DNA of 64,000 nt from Haliotis rubra (Eukaryota), in the NCBI RefSeq assembly GCF_003918875.1, contig NW_025766092.1, positions 806,001-870,000 on the forward strand, written 5' to 3'. This document shows, piece by piece, positions 26,470-40,945 of this stretch. The first letter of the stretch is position 1; the number at the start of each line of letters is the position of its first letter. The notes under the pieces were generated by a model, which worked only from the letters and a program-made list of their open reading frames with translations, was not told where the DNA came from and did no database searches. The position numbers and the translations under genes are program-made.

Positions 26470-26926
26470 AAAAAACAGCTTAATAACGAAGTGAAACTGT
26501 TATCAAAAGTAATGACACAGACTGTTTCATAATTCAAGAATTTGCAAAACTTATAGTCTCAATAAAGTATAGCCAATGTTTTAGTCATGCCTCTCATCAT
26601 CATGTGTGATTATACAGAAACAAAACAGTGATTTGCTCACAGAGACAGCCCATTAGAAATTGATGTTATTCTTCAGCTCCCTATTAATTAGTAATTTATG
26701 GTAACTGACGACAAATATATCAATGTTTTTTGTTCATAATGTCTTTTCATTACGTTGTTTCATATTCAACAAATCAAACGAAAGCTTCGATAGACATACA
26801 ATCGTTTTGGTTTACAACATGTCATGACAAGGTATCTAAATGACATTTACATCATTAATGAGAGCCATGAAGATTAGCATGGTTCTTACAGACCAAGAAT
26901 CATAATACAGAGTACATGTAGGTCTC

Positions 26927-27088
26927 ACTGACTTAGAATGGTTTTACGCCCCTCATAGCAATATTCCAGCAACATCACGGCGGGGGACACCAGAAATGGG
27001 CTTCACATGTTGTACCCATGTGGGGATTCGAACCAGGGCCTTCGGCGTGACGAGCGAACGCTTTAACCACTAGGCTACCCCAACGCCC
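26927..27088 (-). mobile_element. tRNA-derived SINE, family A
   Basis: Reverse-complement match; catgtaggtct direct repeats. Confidence 0.9.
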
Positions 27089-27360
27089 CATGTAGGTCTG
27101 AAGGTCTGAAGGCAGGGAGGAGAAGTGCGCACACACCTGTTCTGGAGTGAGTGTATCAGTTTAATGCTGCTTCGACCAATATTGACAGCTTGTTTGCTTA
27201 ATGTGGGATGGAAGCCCAAAATGATGCTGGTCTCAGACATTTACCAATTTGGCGGAACCATTTACATGGATATGGTGCAGACAAACCTGGACACAAACGA
27301 ATTAAGATGAACCGGGATTCAAACTCAAGATCATAGGTATCCACATGCTTGAGATAAAAT

Positions 27361-27500
27361 GAGTGAGTGAGCTTTTAGCAATATCACGGCGGGGGACACC
27401 AGAAATGGGCTTCACACATTGTACCCATGTAGGGAATCGAACCCAGGTCTTTGGCATGAAGAGCGAATGCTCTAACCACTAGGCTACCCACCCGCCACCC
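27361..27500 (-). mobile_element. tRNA-derived SINE, family A (internal deletion)
   Basis: Reverse-complement match. Confidence 0.85.
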
Positions 27501-27964
27501 TAGACAGAAGAACACCTGCATCATATTGCAGAGGCTGAGTAAACTGAATCACCCAGGTGACCTAGCCTCTTCCCTTTTTGGAACTGAACCATGTCTGCAG
27601 ATGACAGTAAGACTGTACACATTATAGTGTCAAAGTTTTTGTCACCAAAAAAGTTGCTTATGATGTTGAATATATGTAACTTACTTGGTGATACAATTTT
27701 TTGATGATGAACTGCTTTGCAAAATTGCTCATTCATGAAGTTCGGATGTTAGTTTTGATCCAACCTTCCTTTCTGAAAAGCTACATCCACACTTGTTCAG
27801 GAATTGAAACTTACAGAGCCATATACCATGCATGTTACATTTGAAAAACGATATAGCCAATTTTCCTCCTCATAACTCACAAGTACATGTGATTGTGATG
27901 ATAGTGATGGGGAGCTTCTACAAAAACTGGGCTCATTGAGATGCTCAGAGTCTTAATGTATTCG

Positions 27965-30900
27965 TCAATAGCTCACTACTAGGAACAAGACTTGAATAAT
28001 TGTAGAGGACATGAACACAAGCTAGTGATGCTAGTATTGGTCAATAGCGCACTACTAGGAACAAGACTTGAATAATTGTAGAGGACATGAACACAAGCTA
28101 GTGATGCTAGTATTGGTCAATAGCACACTACTAGGAACAAGACTTGAATAATTGTAGAGGACATGAACACAAGCTAGTGATGCTAGTATTGGTCAATAGC
28201 ACTACTAGTGCAAGACTACTAGGAACAAGAATTGAATAATTGTAGAGGACATGAACACAAGCTAGTGATGCTAGTATTGGTCAATAGCACTACTAGGAAC
28301 AAGACTTGAATAATTGTAGAGGACATGAACACAAGCTAGTGATGCTAGTATTGGTCAATAGTGCACTACTAGGAACAAGACTTGAATAATTGTAGAGGAC
28401 ATGAACACAAGCTAGTGATGCTAGTATTGGTCAATAGTGCATTACTAGGAACAAGACTTGAATAATTGTAGAGGACATGAACACAAGCTAGTGATGCTAG
28501 TATTGGTCAATAGCACACTACTAGGAACAAGACTTGAATAATTGTAGAGGACATGAACACAAGCTAGTGATGCTAGTATTGGTCAATAGCGCACTACTAG
28601 GAACAAGACTTGAATAATTGTAGAGGACATGAACACAAGCTAGTGATGCTAGTATTGGTCAATAGCGCACTACTAGGAACAAGACTTGAATAATTGTAGA
28701 GGACATGAACACAAGCTAGTGATGCTAGTATTGGTCAATAAGCGCACTACTAGGAACAAGACTTGAAATAATTGTAGAGGACATGAACACAAGCTAGTGA
28801 TGCTAGTATTGGTCAATAAGCACTACTAGGAACAAGACTTGAATAATTGTAGAGGACATGAACACAAGCTAGTGATGCTTGTATTTGTCAATAGCACACT
28901 ACTAGGAACAAGACTGGAATAATTGTAGAGGACATGAACACAAGCTAGTGATGCTAGTATTGGTCAATAGCTAGCACTACTAGGAACAAGACTTGAATAA
29001 TTGTAGAGGACATGAACACAAGCTAGTGATGCTAGTATTGGTCAATAGCACAAGCTAGTAGGAACAAGACTTGAATAATTGTAGAGGACATGAACACAAG
29101 CTAGTGATGCTAGTATTGGTCAATAGCATGCACTACTAGGAACAAGACTTGAATAATTGTAGAGGACATGAACACAAGCTAGTGATGCTAGTATTGGTCA
29201 ATAGCGCACTACTAGGAACAAGACTTGAATAATTGTAGAGGACATGAACACAAGCTAGTGATGCTAGTATTGGTCAATAAGCGTGCTACTAAGAACAAGA
29301 CTTGACTACTAGGAACAAGACTTGAATAATTGTAGAGGACATGAACACAAGCTAGTGATGCTAGTATTGGTCAATAGCGCACTACTAGGAACAAGACTTG
29401 AATAATTGTAGAGGACATGAACACAAGCTAGTGATGCTAGTATTGGTCAATAGCGTACTACTAGGAACAAGACTTGAATAATTGTAGAGGACATGAACAC
29501 AAGCTAGTGATGCTAGTATTGGTCAATAGTGCACTACTAGGAACAAGACTTGAATAATTGTAGAGGACATGAACACAAGCTAGTGATGCTAGTATTGGTC
29601 AATAGCGCACTACTAGGAACAAGACTTGAATAATTGTAGAGGACATGAACACAAGCTAGTGATGCTAGTATTGGTCAATAGCGCACTACTAGGAACAAGA
29701 CTTGAATAATTGTAGAGGACATGAACACAAGCTAGTGATGCTAGTATTGGTCAATAGCGCACTACTAGGAACAAGACTTGAATAATTGTAGAGGACATGA
29801 ACACAAGCTAGTGATGCTAGTATTGGTCAATAGCACACTACTAGGAACAAGACTTGAATAATTGTAGAGGACATGAACACAAGCTAGTGATGCTAGTATT
29901 GGTCAATAGCACTACTAGGAACAAGACTTGAATAATTGTAGAGGACATGAACACAAGCTAGTGATGCTAGTATTGGTCAATAGCGCACTACTAGGAACAA
30001 GACTTGAATAATTGTAGAGGACATGAACACAAGCTAGTGATGCTTGTATTTGTCAATAGCGCACTACTAGGAACAAGACTTGAATAATTGTAGAGGACAT
30101 GAACACAAGCTAGTGATGCTAGTATTGGTCAATAGCGCACTACTAGGAACAAGACTTGAATAATTGTAGAGGACATGAACACAAGCTAGTGATGCTAGTA
30201 TTGGTCAATAGTGCACTACTAGGAACAAGACTTGAATAATTGTAGAAGACATGAACACAAGCTAGTGATGCTAGTATTGGTCAATAGCGCACTACTAGGA
30301 ACAAGACTTGAATAATTGTAGAGGACATGAACACAAGCTAGTGATGCTAGTATTGGTCAATAGCGCACTACTAGGAACAAGACTTGAATAATTGTAGAGG
30401 ACATGAACACAAGCTAGTGATGCTAGTATTGGTCAATAGCGCACTACTAGGAACAAGACTTGAATAATTGTAGAGGACATGAACACAAGCTAAATAGCGC
30501 ACTACTATGCTAGTATTGGTCAATACAAGCTAGTGATACTAGGAACAAGACAAGACTGAATAATTGTAGAGGACATGAACACAAGCTAGTGATGCTAGTA
30601 TTGGTCAATACAAGCTAGTGATACTAGGAACAAGACTTGAATAATTGTAGAGGACATGAACACAAGCTAGTGATGCTAGTATTGGTCAATAGCGCACTTA
30701 CTAGGAACAAGACTTGAATAATTGTAGAGGACATGAACACAAGCTAGTGATGCTAGTATTGGTCAATAGCACTAATAGGAACAAGACTTGAATAATTGTA
30801 GAGGACATGAACACAAGCTAGTGATGCTAGTATTGGTCAATAACGCACTACTAGGAACAAGACTTGAATAATTGTAGAGGACATGAACACAAGCTAGTGA

Positions 30901-31055
30901 TGCTAGAATATTGGTCAATAGCGCACTACTAGGAACAAGACTTGAATAATTGTAGAGGACATGAACACAAGCTGGTGATGCTAGTATTGGTCAATAACGC
31001 ACTACTAGGAACAAGACTTGAATAATTGTAGAGGACATGAACACAAGCTAGGGAT
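27965..31055. repeat. 76-bp satellite, ~40 units
   Basis: Unit cactactaggaacaagacttgaataattgtagaggacatgaacacaagctagtgatgctagtattggtcaatagcg. Confidence 0.98.
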
Positions 31056-31264
31056 GCTGTCCTGGTTCTTCCAGTACGCAGCTGAACACAACACTGATGA
31101 AGGATATGTAAGTCTCCAGTGCTGGACCAGGAACCTGACTAAAATATTCCACTTTTGTGTGATCTGTTAGTATTCCTATCATAACTATTAACGTATGTCA
31201 TTAACAGTGCAATACACCTACACAATGCAAAGAGTGCAATATAATACACCTAAACAATCAGTAT

Positions 31265-31670
31265 TATACACCTGAACAATGCAGTGTAATACACCTGTCC
31301 AGTGCAAAATAATACACCTGAACAATGCAGTGTAATACACCTGTCCAGTGCAAAATAATACACCTGAACAATGCAGTGTAATACACCTGTCCAGTGCAAA
31401 ATAATACACCTGAACAATGCAGTGTAATACACCTGTCCAGTGCAAAATAATACACCTGAACAATGCAGTGCAATACACCTGTCCAGTGCAAAATAATACA
31501 ACAATGCAGTGTAATACACCTGTCCAGTGCAAAATAATACACCTGAACAATGCAGTGTAATACACCTGTCCAGTGCAAAATAATACACCTGAACAATGCA
31601 GTGTAATACACCTGTCCAGTGCAAAATAATACACCTGAACAATGCAACATACATGTATTACACCTGAACA
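31265..31670. repeat. 46-bp (2 x 23) minisatellite
   Basis: Unit acacctgaacaatgcagtgtaat-acacctgtccagtgcaaaataat. Confidence 0.95.
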
Positions 31671-33109
31671 CTGCAGTATAATACAGCTACACTGTGAATA
31701 CACTCAAACAGTGTAAATAATACAGGTATGACAAACAGGTATGACGAAAGAGACATAATTGAAAACAATGTTATGTATTGTGTGCGTGTTTTCATGTGTC
31801 AACAGGATCAGTTTGCATGCACTAAGAAAGTATGCCTTAGTTATTAACAAAGCGAACTTAGAACTGCCCATAAATATTACCAGCTTGATGAGTAGGTGCT
31901 GTTTTGTTTTCTATTCAAATTTGAAGAATAATTAGTACAGCAAAATGTCTAATACATTTTCAGCATTTAATTGTGTATTTCTCTGGGACATCACCATATG
32001 AATAATTATTGTTTTGTCATATGTTGTTCAAAATAGTAGTAATAATTAATCATCAGACCATAGTTTTCAGACACAATATATTTTTGGACAACAGACATCG
32101 GATTATAATGAGGGTGTTTTGTCACACAGACATTGTAAATTCTTGAATAATGGCTTAGTACAAAGATGTGTTTAGTACAAAGTTATCATTTATCATCAGT
32201 GAGATGTTTTATAGTTGTTTATGTGAAAATAAAGCTTGCAACGAATGTTTCAATGTTTTTGAAGTGTCAAAAAAAACAATAATACGTCAGGATACTTATA
32301 ATAAACAATGCTATTGAAATCCATGATGTGAAAGGTTTCAGAAGAGTAACAAGAAGAAGATGAAGGATGAATTTTATATTAACAATGACGTAGGTACCAT
32401 GGATACAAAGAAGACCAACTGATACATCTGTGTATCATGCTTGTCATCACATGACAAATGCATTACATGCCTAAACAATATTCTCGCAGCATATATAATT
32501 AGTACTTGTATAAGGTAGAGAATTTTTATGGCTGTCAACTTCTTTATTATGAGGAACACAACATTTCGGAGTAGGAAGGCGTTTCCTATTCGGTACTACG
32601 GATCCTGAAAAATAACACAAACAATTCTTATCGATGAATGCTGTTGTCATTTAATGAATGGCCTTCTCCTCTAACATCTGCATCTATCAGCTGCCAGATC
32701 CATCATGAATTACCACTGTAAGAGCCGGTGATAAACAATGCCATCCGTTGAAAAAGAGGCTTCTCCTATTCTCGCATTACCAGGAATTAACGCTATTGGA
32801 GTGTATGTAAGAGTCATCCTGCCGAAAGGGCTGAAAAAGTATGATATGTCCAAGTTGGTATAAACTCCCCAATATTCGTGACACTGCAAGATTTTGATCA
32901 TTCACCGACTTGGTCCACTTCCTAGTTACCAGTCGGTGATGTAAACAACCGCTAAGTGTCAATGATCGGCGATTTCGAAGAAAACGTTTACCGAGAATAG
33001 GAAACCCGCGAGAATAGGAGACAATCAATTGAATGTATATGACAGATAGCATATATATGTACATGTAAGAACAACAAAAGTAATAAGACAACAAATATAC
33101 AGGCAAAAC

Positions 33110-33560
33110 AATGGAACAAATAGAAGCCAGCACTTAACAGTTAATTAGCGCTGAATTGACGCCAATACTAGTTAATTAGTGCTGATAGAAGCCAACATTT
33201 AACAGTTAAGTAGTGTTGATAGAAGCCAACTTTTAACAGTTAAGTAGTGCTGATAGAAGCCAACTTTTAACAGTTAAGTGGTGTTGATAGGTGATGAACA
33301 GTGGACATGAGAACTGGTATGTTCTGACTAAAATCGTTAAGTCATGTGAGAGCTATCCTCCAACTTTTCCTTAACAGTTAGAAGCTGGTGCTGATGAAGT
33401 GGAACACATTTTATGGATAGACAACTTCATCAACTTGATAAGTAGTGTTGATCTACACCAACTCGCAAACTACTACTGCAACAAAGAAGTTGTCTATCCA
33501 TAAACAGTGTTCCACTCCAACTTTTAACAGTTAAGTAGTGTTGATAGATGCCAAGAAGAT
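33110..33560. repeat. 34-bp tandem repeat, interrupted by an inverted-repeat insert (~33399-33517)
   Basis: tgatagaagccaacttttaacagttaagtagtg units; inverted pair ttatggatagacaacttc / gaagttgtctatccataa. Confidence 0.7.
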
Positions 33561-33894
33561 GTTAATAGATATAGCTTTGTTTAAATAAATAATGATGTCT
33601 AACAACGGTTTTCATTGTGATAATAGCATCTCAAACATCTATTCTGTTCTTTGTTATACTTAGAAGTATTGGAAGAAAGTGAATAATTCATTTGATGACT
33701 TAGTATCTGTTGCTTATGATGGAATACTGGCAGTGAGTAATTGATTGGGAGGCAGATAATCTGGTGAAGCTGGTAACTACTTTGATCGCACAGAGTTCAA
33801 CAGAGCAGTTTTATGAATGTTATATTCATTTGTGTTGCAAAAATGTTCAATAATGAACTCAGTTTTCAGAGAGATTTGTGATGATTATTGAAAG

Positions 33895-34040
33895 GGAAGA
33901 TGATGAAGATGATGATGATGATGAAGTGATGATGATGATGATGATGAAGAAGATGATGATGATGATGTGATTGTGATTGTGATTGTGATGTTGATAATGA
34001 TGTTGAAGGTGATGATTGTGATGATGATAGTGATTGTGAC
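33895..34040. repeat. (GAT)n-rich microsatellite
   Basis: Visible. Confidence 0.9.
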
Positions 34041-34332
34041 TATATAAAAAATGAAAGTCAGTTGACTAATGGAAGTAACAGTCTGACATTAACTTTAAAT
34101 AACTGAGTGTTTTTATCAAGATTAATGTCTATCTTCTGAGCGTAAAGTTTTGGTAAAAGAATCTATAAACCTAGAAATAAAATAGAAGACCTTAATCTGT
34201 CTGATGCTTCTCACCAAGGATGCAGATCAGCTTCAGATTCACTAGGACACAAATGATGATAGACAGGTTCAGCTTATCTGCGAGGAGTGGCACCACTGTT
34301 TAGTGTTTGTCCATTAACCAAGAACAGCTTAC

Positions 34333-34484
34333 CTACAATGCACAAGTACAGGTCCTGATGATGTACTCATGAAACTGCTGACTCGGCGTCTCACATCCAA
34401 AATAAACCCTGGGTCTGCACATTCGTTGTCATGGAAACCAAGCATTTCAAAATGCCTCACCACCCTCTCTTCTGAGCTACCTTC
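34333..34484 (-). CDS. RPTP D1 exon: EGSSEERVVRHFEMLGFHDNECADPGFILDVRRRVSSFMSTSSGPVLVHC(R)
   Basis: 152 nt; RxVRHF and GPVLVHC motifs; ends in phase 2 just after the catalytic Cys; gcag/gtaag. Confidence 0.94.
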
Positions 34485-34724
34485 CTGCGAGACAAGAATT
34501 GATTGTGTTAGAAATACTTCAAAGTGAAGGCTCTGCTATGCAATACATGGCCAATGTGGTTCATGTATTTTCTGATAAAGAAATATTTTGTTGACATATT
34601 TATTTGTTACTGTCAGCACAGATTATGTTTCATTCAACGTTCAACATTGACTGCTGTGAAAATCACATATTTGGAATTTACATTGATTTTAACAAAGCTC
34701 TGTACCACATTATATCTTGTTTGC

Positions 34725-34900
34725 CCACTGTGCAGTAAACATGTTACACCACAGTGTAATAAACATGTTACACCACTGTGTGATAAACAAGTTACATCCC
34801 TGTGTAATAATCAAGTTACATCCCTGTGTAATAATCAAGTTACACCACTGTGTCATAAACAATTTACACCACTGCATATTAAAACAAGTTACATCCCTGT
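34725..34900. repeat. 24-bp minisatellite (gttacaccactgtgtaataaacat-like)
   Basis: ~7 units. Confidence 0.85.
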
Positions 34901-35189
34901 GAAATAATCCATCATCATGGAGACTGGTTCCAGTCTTTACTTCCATGGCATCATCTTTATATGGAAGGACTGGTTCCAATTAATCTATTTCTAGTTGCAG
35001 TGGGATATCTGTTCATTTTTACATCAATGTAATGCCAGGCATTAAAAAAATATTTGTTGAGTTTGATTTCTTTCACCATTCAATCTTCATTCATGAAAAG
35101 ACAGATACAGTCATCCCTCACAATGATGCCCTTATTCATTCATCAGGGCATGAAATATACACAATTCTTTATATTCCTTACACTTCTCG

Positions 35190-35558
35190 ACCGCCTCCAT
35201 GGTGTAGTGGTTAGTTAGAGCGTCCACCGAAGAGTGGAAGGTCGCTGGGTTTGATCCCGACTTACCAAAAGAGCGTTAAAATATGGTACTTGTTGGTCCC
35301 TGCCTGGCGCTCGGCATTAATGGGTACAACAAGGACTGGTCGGCTTGGAGTCAGTATACTGTGTCTGAGTGGGGTATTCATGCTTCACTGCGGCATGGTA
35401 TCACAGTGAGCTAGCACTATAAAACCAACTTAAATCTGGGTTAGTACAAGCAGCCGCACATACACATACACACGCATGCACGTCGTCATATGAGCGAAAT
35501 ATTCTCAAGCACGACGTTAAACCCAATTTCACCTCACCTCACCTCACCTCACCTCACC
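35190..35558 (+). mobile_element. tRNA-headed SINE, family C; central domain resembles molluscan RUDI/V-type SINEs (from recall)
   Basis: A box tggtgtagtgg, B box ggtttgatccc, cagtgagctagcactataaaa domain, gacgttaaac tail, (cacct)n. Confidence 0.8.
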
Positions 35559-36119
35559 TTACATTTCTTGTGTAATTACTTTTCTTTACTACACAGAAAT
35601 TTATATGCATTATAGCTGAGGTAAAAATAGTTGTTAATATATTTTATTCTTAAATCATTGCATACATGGACTAATATTCATTTTCAATTCAATTCATTTT
35701 CAAAAAGTTCCCATGAAATACATACATACCTTCAGATTCAATGGGAACATTATGAGTGCTTCAACAAAAACAAGAAGGTGCTGCCCTAAACCTCTACATC
35801 TTAGAGATAACACTGGGCCAATCAAATCAAAATCTGATTTGACATCTTCAATACAACTGATTCAAAGGGTCAAACTGTAGTATGCTCAAACCATATAACA
35901 AAGCAATTTCTTCTCATAAAATCACCAATGTTTGGTAATCAGACATTGCAGAACAGCGCCATTAGAAAATGTGTGAATACAGTGTGTGTTCTTTGAGCTG
36001 TGAGCAATCAGACCAAGGAAGTATGTCCAGTGTGTGTATTTTATTTATATCACACTGTGTCAGCTAGATGTGGAAGGAAAGCCAACACTGACGCAGGTCA
36101 AACTGACCATGATGGTCAA

Positions 36120-37698
36120 ACCTCATCATCAGTGGGATTCTAACCTCATCCCTGGTGGGATTCTAACCGCATCACTAGTGGCATTCTGACCTCATCACTA
36201 GTGGGATTCTAACTTCATCACTAGTGGGATTCTAACCTCATCACTAGTGGGATTCTAACCTCATCACTAGTGGGATTCTAACCTCATCACTAGTGGGATT
36301 CTGACCTCATCACCAGTGGGATTCTTCACTAGTGGGATTCTAACCTCATCACTAGTGGGATTCTAACCTCATCACTGGTGGGATTCTAACCTCATCACCA
36401 GTGGGATTCTAACCTCATCACTGGTGGGATTCTAACTTCATCACTGGTGGGATTCTAACCTCATCACTGGTGGGATTCTAACCTCATCACTGGTGGGATT
36501 CTAACCTCATCACTGGTGGGATTCTAACCTCATCACTAGTGGGATTCTAACCTCATCACTAGTGGGATTCTAACCTCATCACTAGTGGGATTCCTCATCA
36601 CTGGTGGGATTCTAACCTTATCACTAGTGGTATTCTAACCTCATCACTAGTGGGATTCTCATCACTAGTGGGAACCTCATCACTAGTGGTCCTCATCACT
36701 AGTGGGATTCTAACCTCATCACTAGTGGGATTCTAACCTCATCACTGGTGGGATTCTAACCTCATCACTGGTGGGATTCTAACCTGGGATCACTGGTGGT
36801 GGGATTCTAACCTCATCACTGGTGGGACCTCATCACTATTCAGACCTCATCACTGGTGGGATTCTAACCTCATCACTGGTGGGATTCTAACCTCATCACT
36901 GGTGGGATTCTAACCTCATCACTAGTGGGATTCTAACCTCATCACTAGTGGATTCTAACCTCATCACCAGTGGATTCTAACCTCATCACTAGTGGGATTC
37001 TAACCTCATCACTAGTGGGATTCTAACCTCATCACTGGTGGGATTCTTACCTCATCACTGGTGGGATTCTAACCTCATCACTGGTGGGATTCTAACCTCA
37101 TCACTGGTGGGATTCTAACCTCATCACCAGTGGGATTCTAACCTCATCACTGGTGGGATTCTAACCTCATCACCATGGGGATTCTAACCTCATCACCAGT
37201 GGGATTCAGACCTCATCACTAGTGAGATTCAGACCTCATCACCAGTGGGATTCAAACCTCATCACTAGTGGGATTCAGACCTCATCACCAGTGGGATTCT
37301 AACCTCATCACTAGTGGGATTCAAACCTCATCACTAGTGAGATTCAGTGTGGGATTCTTACCTCATCACTGGTGGGATTCTAACCTCATCACTAGTGGGA
37401 TTCTAACCTCATCACTAGTGGGATTCAAACCTCATCACTAGTGGGATTCAGACCTCATCACTGGTGGGATTCTAACCTCATCACCAGTGGGATTCTAACC
37501 TCATCACTGGTGGGATTCTAACCTCATAACCAGTGGGATTCTGACCTCATCATCACAGAGATTCAGACCTCATCACCAGTGGGGTTCTGACCTCATCACT
37601 AGTGGGATTCAGACATCATCATCAGTGGGATTCAGACCTCATCACCAGTGGTGTTCAAACCTCATCACTAGTGGGATTCAGACCTCATCACCAGTGGA
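36120..37698. repeat. 23-bp minisatellite (ctagtgggattctaacctcatca)n
   Basis: Visible array, ~68 units. Confidence 0.97.
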
Positions 37699-37720
37699 CT
37701 TTGACAGTAGGAAGTATAAA

Positions 37721-38312
37721 TACAAGAAGACAAAGTCATCAGTATCCCCAGCAATGGTAAAATACTCATCATGAATATGTCAACTAGTTATGACTATGTC
37801 AAATGTACGGTTTGATGTACCATTGGTACTATTGATTTTTGTCATTAGGTTCTTGGATACCCACAAAGTGGAAAGAGAGTATTGTAGCATTTTCTTTGGA
37901 AAAGAACACCACCACCAATTTCTGTCAAAGTCAACCTTGGTGCCATGAAAACACAAAAAAATATTTGATTTAGAAATCCAAAACTACCACAAGGCACCAG
38001 TTGACCACTGGACCTATGTAAAAGTTTGGTGAAGAAACATTGAACAGTTTTAAAAGTTCTGCTCGGAAAAGAGAGCACCTCCACCAATTTCTGTCCAAGT
38101 CCAACTTGTTGCCATGGAAATGTAAAAAATATTTTATTCAAAAATCCAAAACTACCAAAGGCACCAGTTGACCACTAGACCTATGTATGTGCCAAGTTTG
38201 GTGAAGACATACTGAACGGTTTTTATGTTCTGGTCCAGAAAAAACAAATTTGCATGAACAGACAGATGGACAGAGTCTATTTTAATACCCCCCTGCAAAA
38301 TGGGGGATAATA
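37721..38312 (+). mobile_element. Helentron-associated (HINE/DTC84-like) non-autonomous element
   Basis: Two ~175-bp internal direct repeats, a gaca microsatellite, then a 3' ccccc..ggggg hairpin before an A-rich tract. Confidence 0.6.
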
Positions 38313-38926
38313 ATATAAAGGTGATCAAAACCCTTTTGACATACATAAGAAATCTCTGCTAAAAACAGAGTCAATTGTACAAATCTGACTTCATCATGAG
38401 CATCTGTTCATAAATCACTGTCAAAATAGGGATGACACCAGGTGTTTGCCAGAAGGTGAGTGTATCAAAACACAACCAAGGCAATAATCATATACATTTA
38501 TGCAAAGGCTTGTCAAAACACCAATGCCAACACAGCCTGATTATCCTCCAAAAAATTTCATTAAGTGTTAAAAGCAAAAAGGCTGTGTAGATTTAATCAA
38601 AGACGTATATACATACACAGGCTTACCATTTCCATGAACACCTGGTGTTATATCTTATTTTCAGTGACACATCCATTAAATCAAAGACATATGTTCACAG
38701 TGAGTGGTGTTATGTGCTGCTTTCAGCAACATTACAGAAATATGAAGCACAGGACACCAGTAGACTGATCCTTAGTGTGACCATGGTACAACTGACACCC
38801 AGACCTTCAGCGGCTAACACAGGTGGACACATAATGTGTCTAAAGAAGGGGATGTGCATCTCCTGCATCTCTGGATCCTAACACTGGATCCCACAGTGGT
38901 GTTGATATCAAAATGATGTAACTTAC

Positions 38927-39058
38927 TTTCTGTATACGAAATGTCCGGATGTTGAGCTGTGCCATGAAAACAGCATCTTGGCTCCATATATGGATGTCCC
39001 CGTGGCGGACGTACTTCTTCACACCGAGGAAGACATCCCAGTACTTCTCACATTGTTG
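38927..39058 (-). CDS. RPTP D1 exon: QQCEKYWDVFLGVKKYVRHGDIHIWSQDAVFMAQLNIRTFRIQK
   Basis: 132 nt; CxxYW motif; tcag/gtaag. Confidence 0.93.
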
Positions 39059-39712
39059 CTGAGGGAGAGATACACATATATAACAGCTTTATATGTGACC
39101 AGAATCAGGGATCTACCATATTTACTCAACTAATAACTTCAACGAAAGGCAAGTATAGTGACAAAATTTATTGCAACTATGAGGCCAGATCAATTCTATG
39201 TATTGTTTTATGGATTTTTGTCCTCAGAAAACATAAAGACAGGAGGGAAAAGTAATATTCCTTCTAAATACTAAAAGTATTTTACTTTTGGCAATTTATG
39301 AAGTGTATATGGGGCAAAAAACAATCTAAAAACATTTTCTTGAAAGTCTACATTTTTAGCCATTACAAACATTACGATTTTACTTTTTGAGTGGGAGAAA
39401 TTAATTATTATTTTTTTTCTTATTCTTGAAAAAGTACGACCGGCGGATCCGTAAAACAAGAAATAAAACTGGTCTGGCCTGACTTAAATTTTCCAAAATA
39501 TCAAAAGTCAATTTCTGAAAAGGGGAAATTCATTAAACATATCAAACCTATTTCAGTGGTGTGGCCTAAAGAACCTGTGCAGTCTTGCAAATGTGTGTGA
39601 CAAATGTTTTCATTGCCTGACGTTTATACATGGTTGCTTTGTCTATGTACCAGAAATCTTAAAACAGTGGTTAAACAGCTCTACAGATATATCAGGCAGA
39701 GGTCAGTTGCAT

Positions 39713-40082
39713 NNNNNNNNNNNNNNNNNNNNNNNNNNNNNNNNNNNNNNNNNNNNNNNNNNNNNNNNNNNNNNNNNNNNNNNNNNNNNNNNNNNNNNNN
39801 NNNNNNNNNNNNNNNNNNNNNNNNNNNNNNNNNNNNNNNNNNNNNNNNNNNNNNNNNNNNNNNNNNNNNNNNNNNNNNNNNNNNNNNNNNNNNNNNNNNN
39901 NNNNNNNNNNNNNNNNNNNNNNNNNNNNNNNNNNNNNNNNNNNNNNNNNNNNNNNNNNNNNNNNNNNNNNNNNNNNNNNNNNNNNNNNNNNNNNNNNNNN
40001 NNNNNNNNNNNNNNNNNNNNNNNNNNNNNNNNNNNNNNNNNNNNNNNNNNNNNNNNNNNNNNNNNNNNNNNNNNNNNNNNNN
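39713..40082. other. Assembly gap (370 N) inside an RPTP intron
   Basis: Run of N; the flanking exons join in frame, so no exon is needed in the gap. Confidence 0.99.
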
Positions 40083-40208
40083 AGACAAAATATTTCAGCA
40101 TTGTTCAAGAATGGGTTATATTTTGTCAACATAATACACAGGCACACAGCCATAATATCAACTGGTTGTCCCACAGCCAAACACATTGTAATGATAGGAC
40201 TAAAACTG

Positions 40209-40412
40209 TGAGTGAGTGAGTTTAGTTTTATGCCGCACTCAGCAATATTCAAGCTATATGGTGGCGGTCTGTAAATAATCGAGTCTGGACCAGACAATCC
40301 AGTGATCAACAGCATGTGCATCGATCTGCACAACTGAAAATCGATGACATGTGTCAACCAAGTCGGCGAGCCTGACTTCCCAATCCTTTTAGTGGCTTCT
40401 TTCGACAGGCAT
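40209..40412 (-). mobile_element. SINE family B, 5'-truncated
   Basis: Reverse-complement match. Confidence 0.88.
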
Positions 40413-40847
40413 AACTAAAGAAGTTGCTTTTTCTGTTATTCCACCCAAAATTACAGCATTGTGTACATTGTTGATGTGTGAATCAACCTTTGTCCTGACA
40501 TTGTGAATAATTAAAACAACAGTTAGTGTCTGTGACTACCTTTTTATGACCAACATCCTGTTGGGGTCCAATTAACCAGAACAGAATGTGAATATAACCA
40601 GGCTATTTGGAATAAAAACATAAACATAGATTTTATAAACATTTAGGATAAAATCTGAAGTTGAGTTAATAAGGAGGGGGGGGGGGGAGTGGATATATTT
40701 GGAAGGAGATGAGAGAATTGATCAGGATGGGTGGCCTAGGTGGAAGGGTAATAAACTCATTCATCAACATTAAATCTGTAATTTGTTCTTGGATCCAATA
40801 TTACATGCATAATGTGCTATTTCTATTTTAACCTTTAAAATACTTAC

Positions 40848-40945
40848 TGCAGCATTTTCGAAAAGTCCAGTTGCCATGACAACACAATGTACCCCTTCCT
40901 GCCAGATCATGTGCCAGAACGCTGCCAAAGTTCTGCTTGTGGGCC
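40848..40945 (-). CDS. RPTP D1 exon: (G)PTSRTLAAFWHMIWQEGVHCVVMATGLFENAA
   Basis: 98 nt; FWxMIWQE and VVM motifs; tcag/gtaag. Confidence 0.95.

Noticed and set aside
27965-31055. Possible CRISPR array
   Set aside because: Head-to-tail identical units with no unique spacers, no cas genes, eukaryotic intron context
32577-33133. Nested gene in a large intron (ORFs of 63 and 118 aa)
   Set aside because: No recognisable domain; the region is bounded by cctattc/gaatagg inverted repeats and looks like a MITE
39593-40357. ORFs spanning the N run
   Set aside because: Artefacts of the assembly gap
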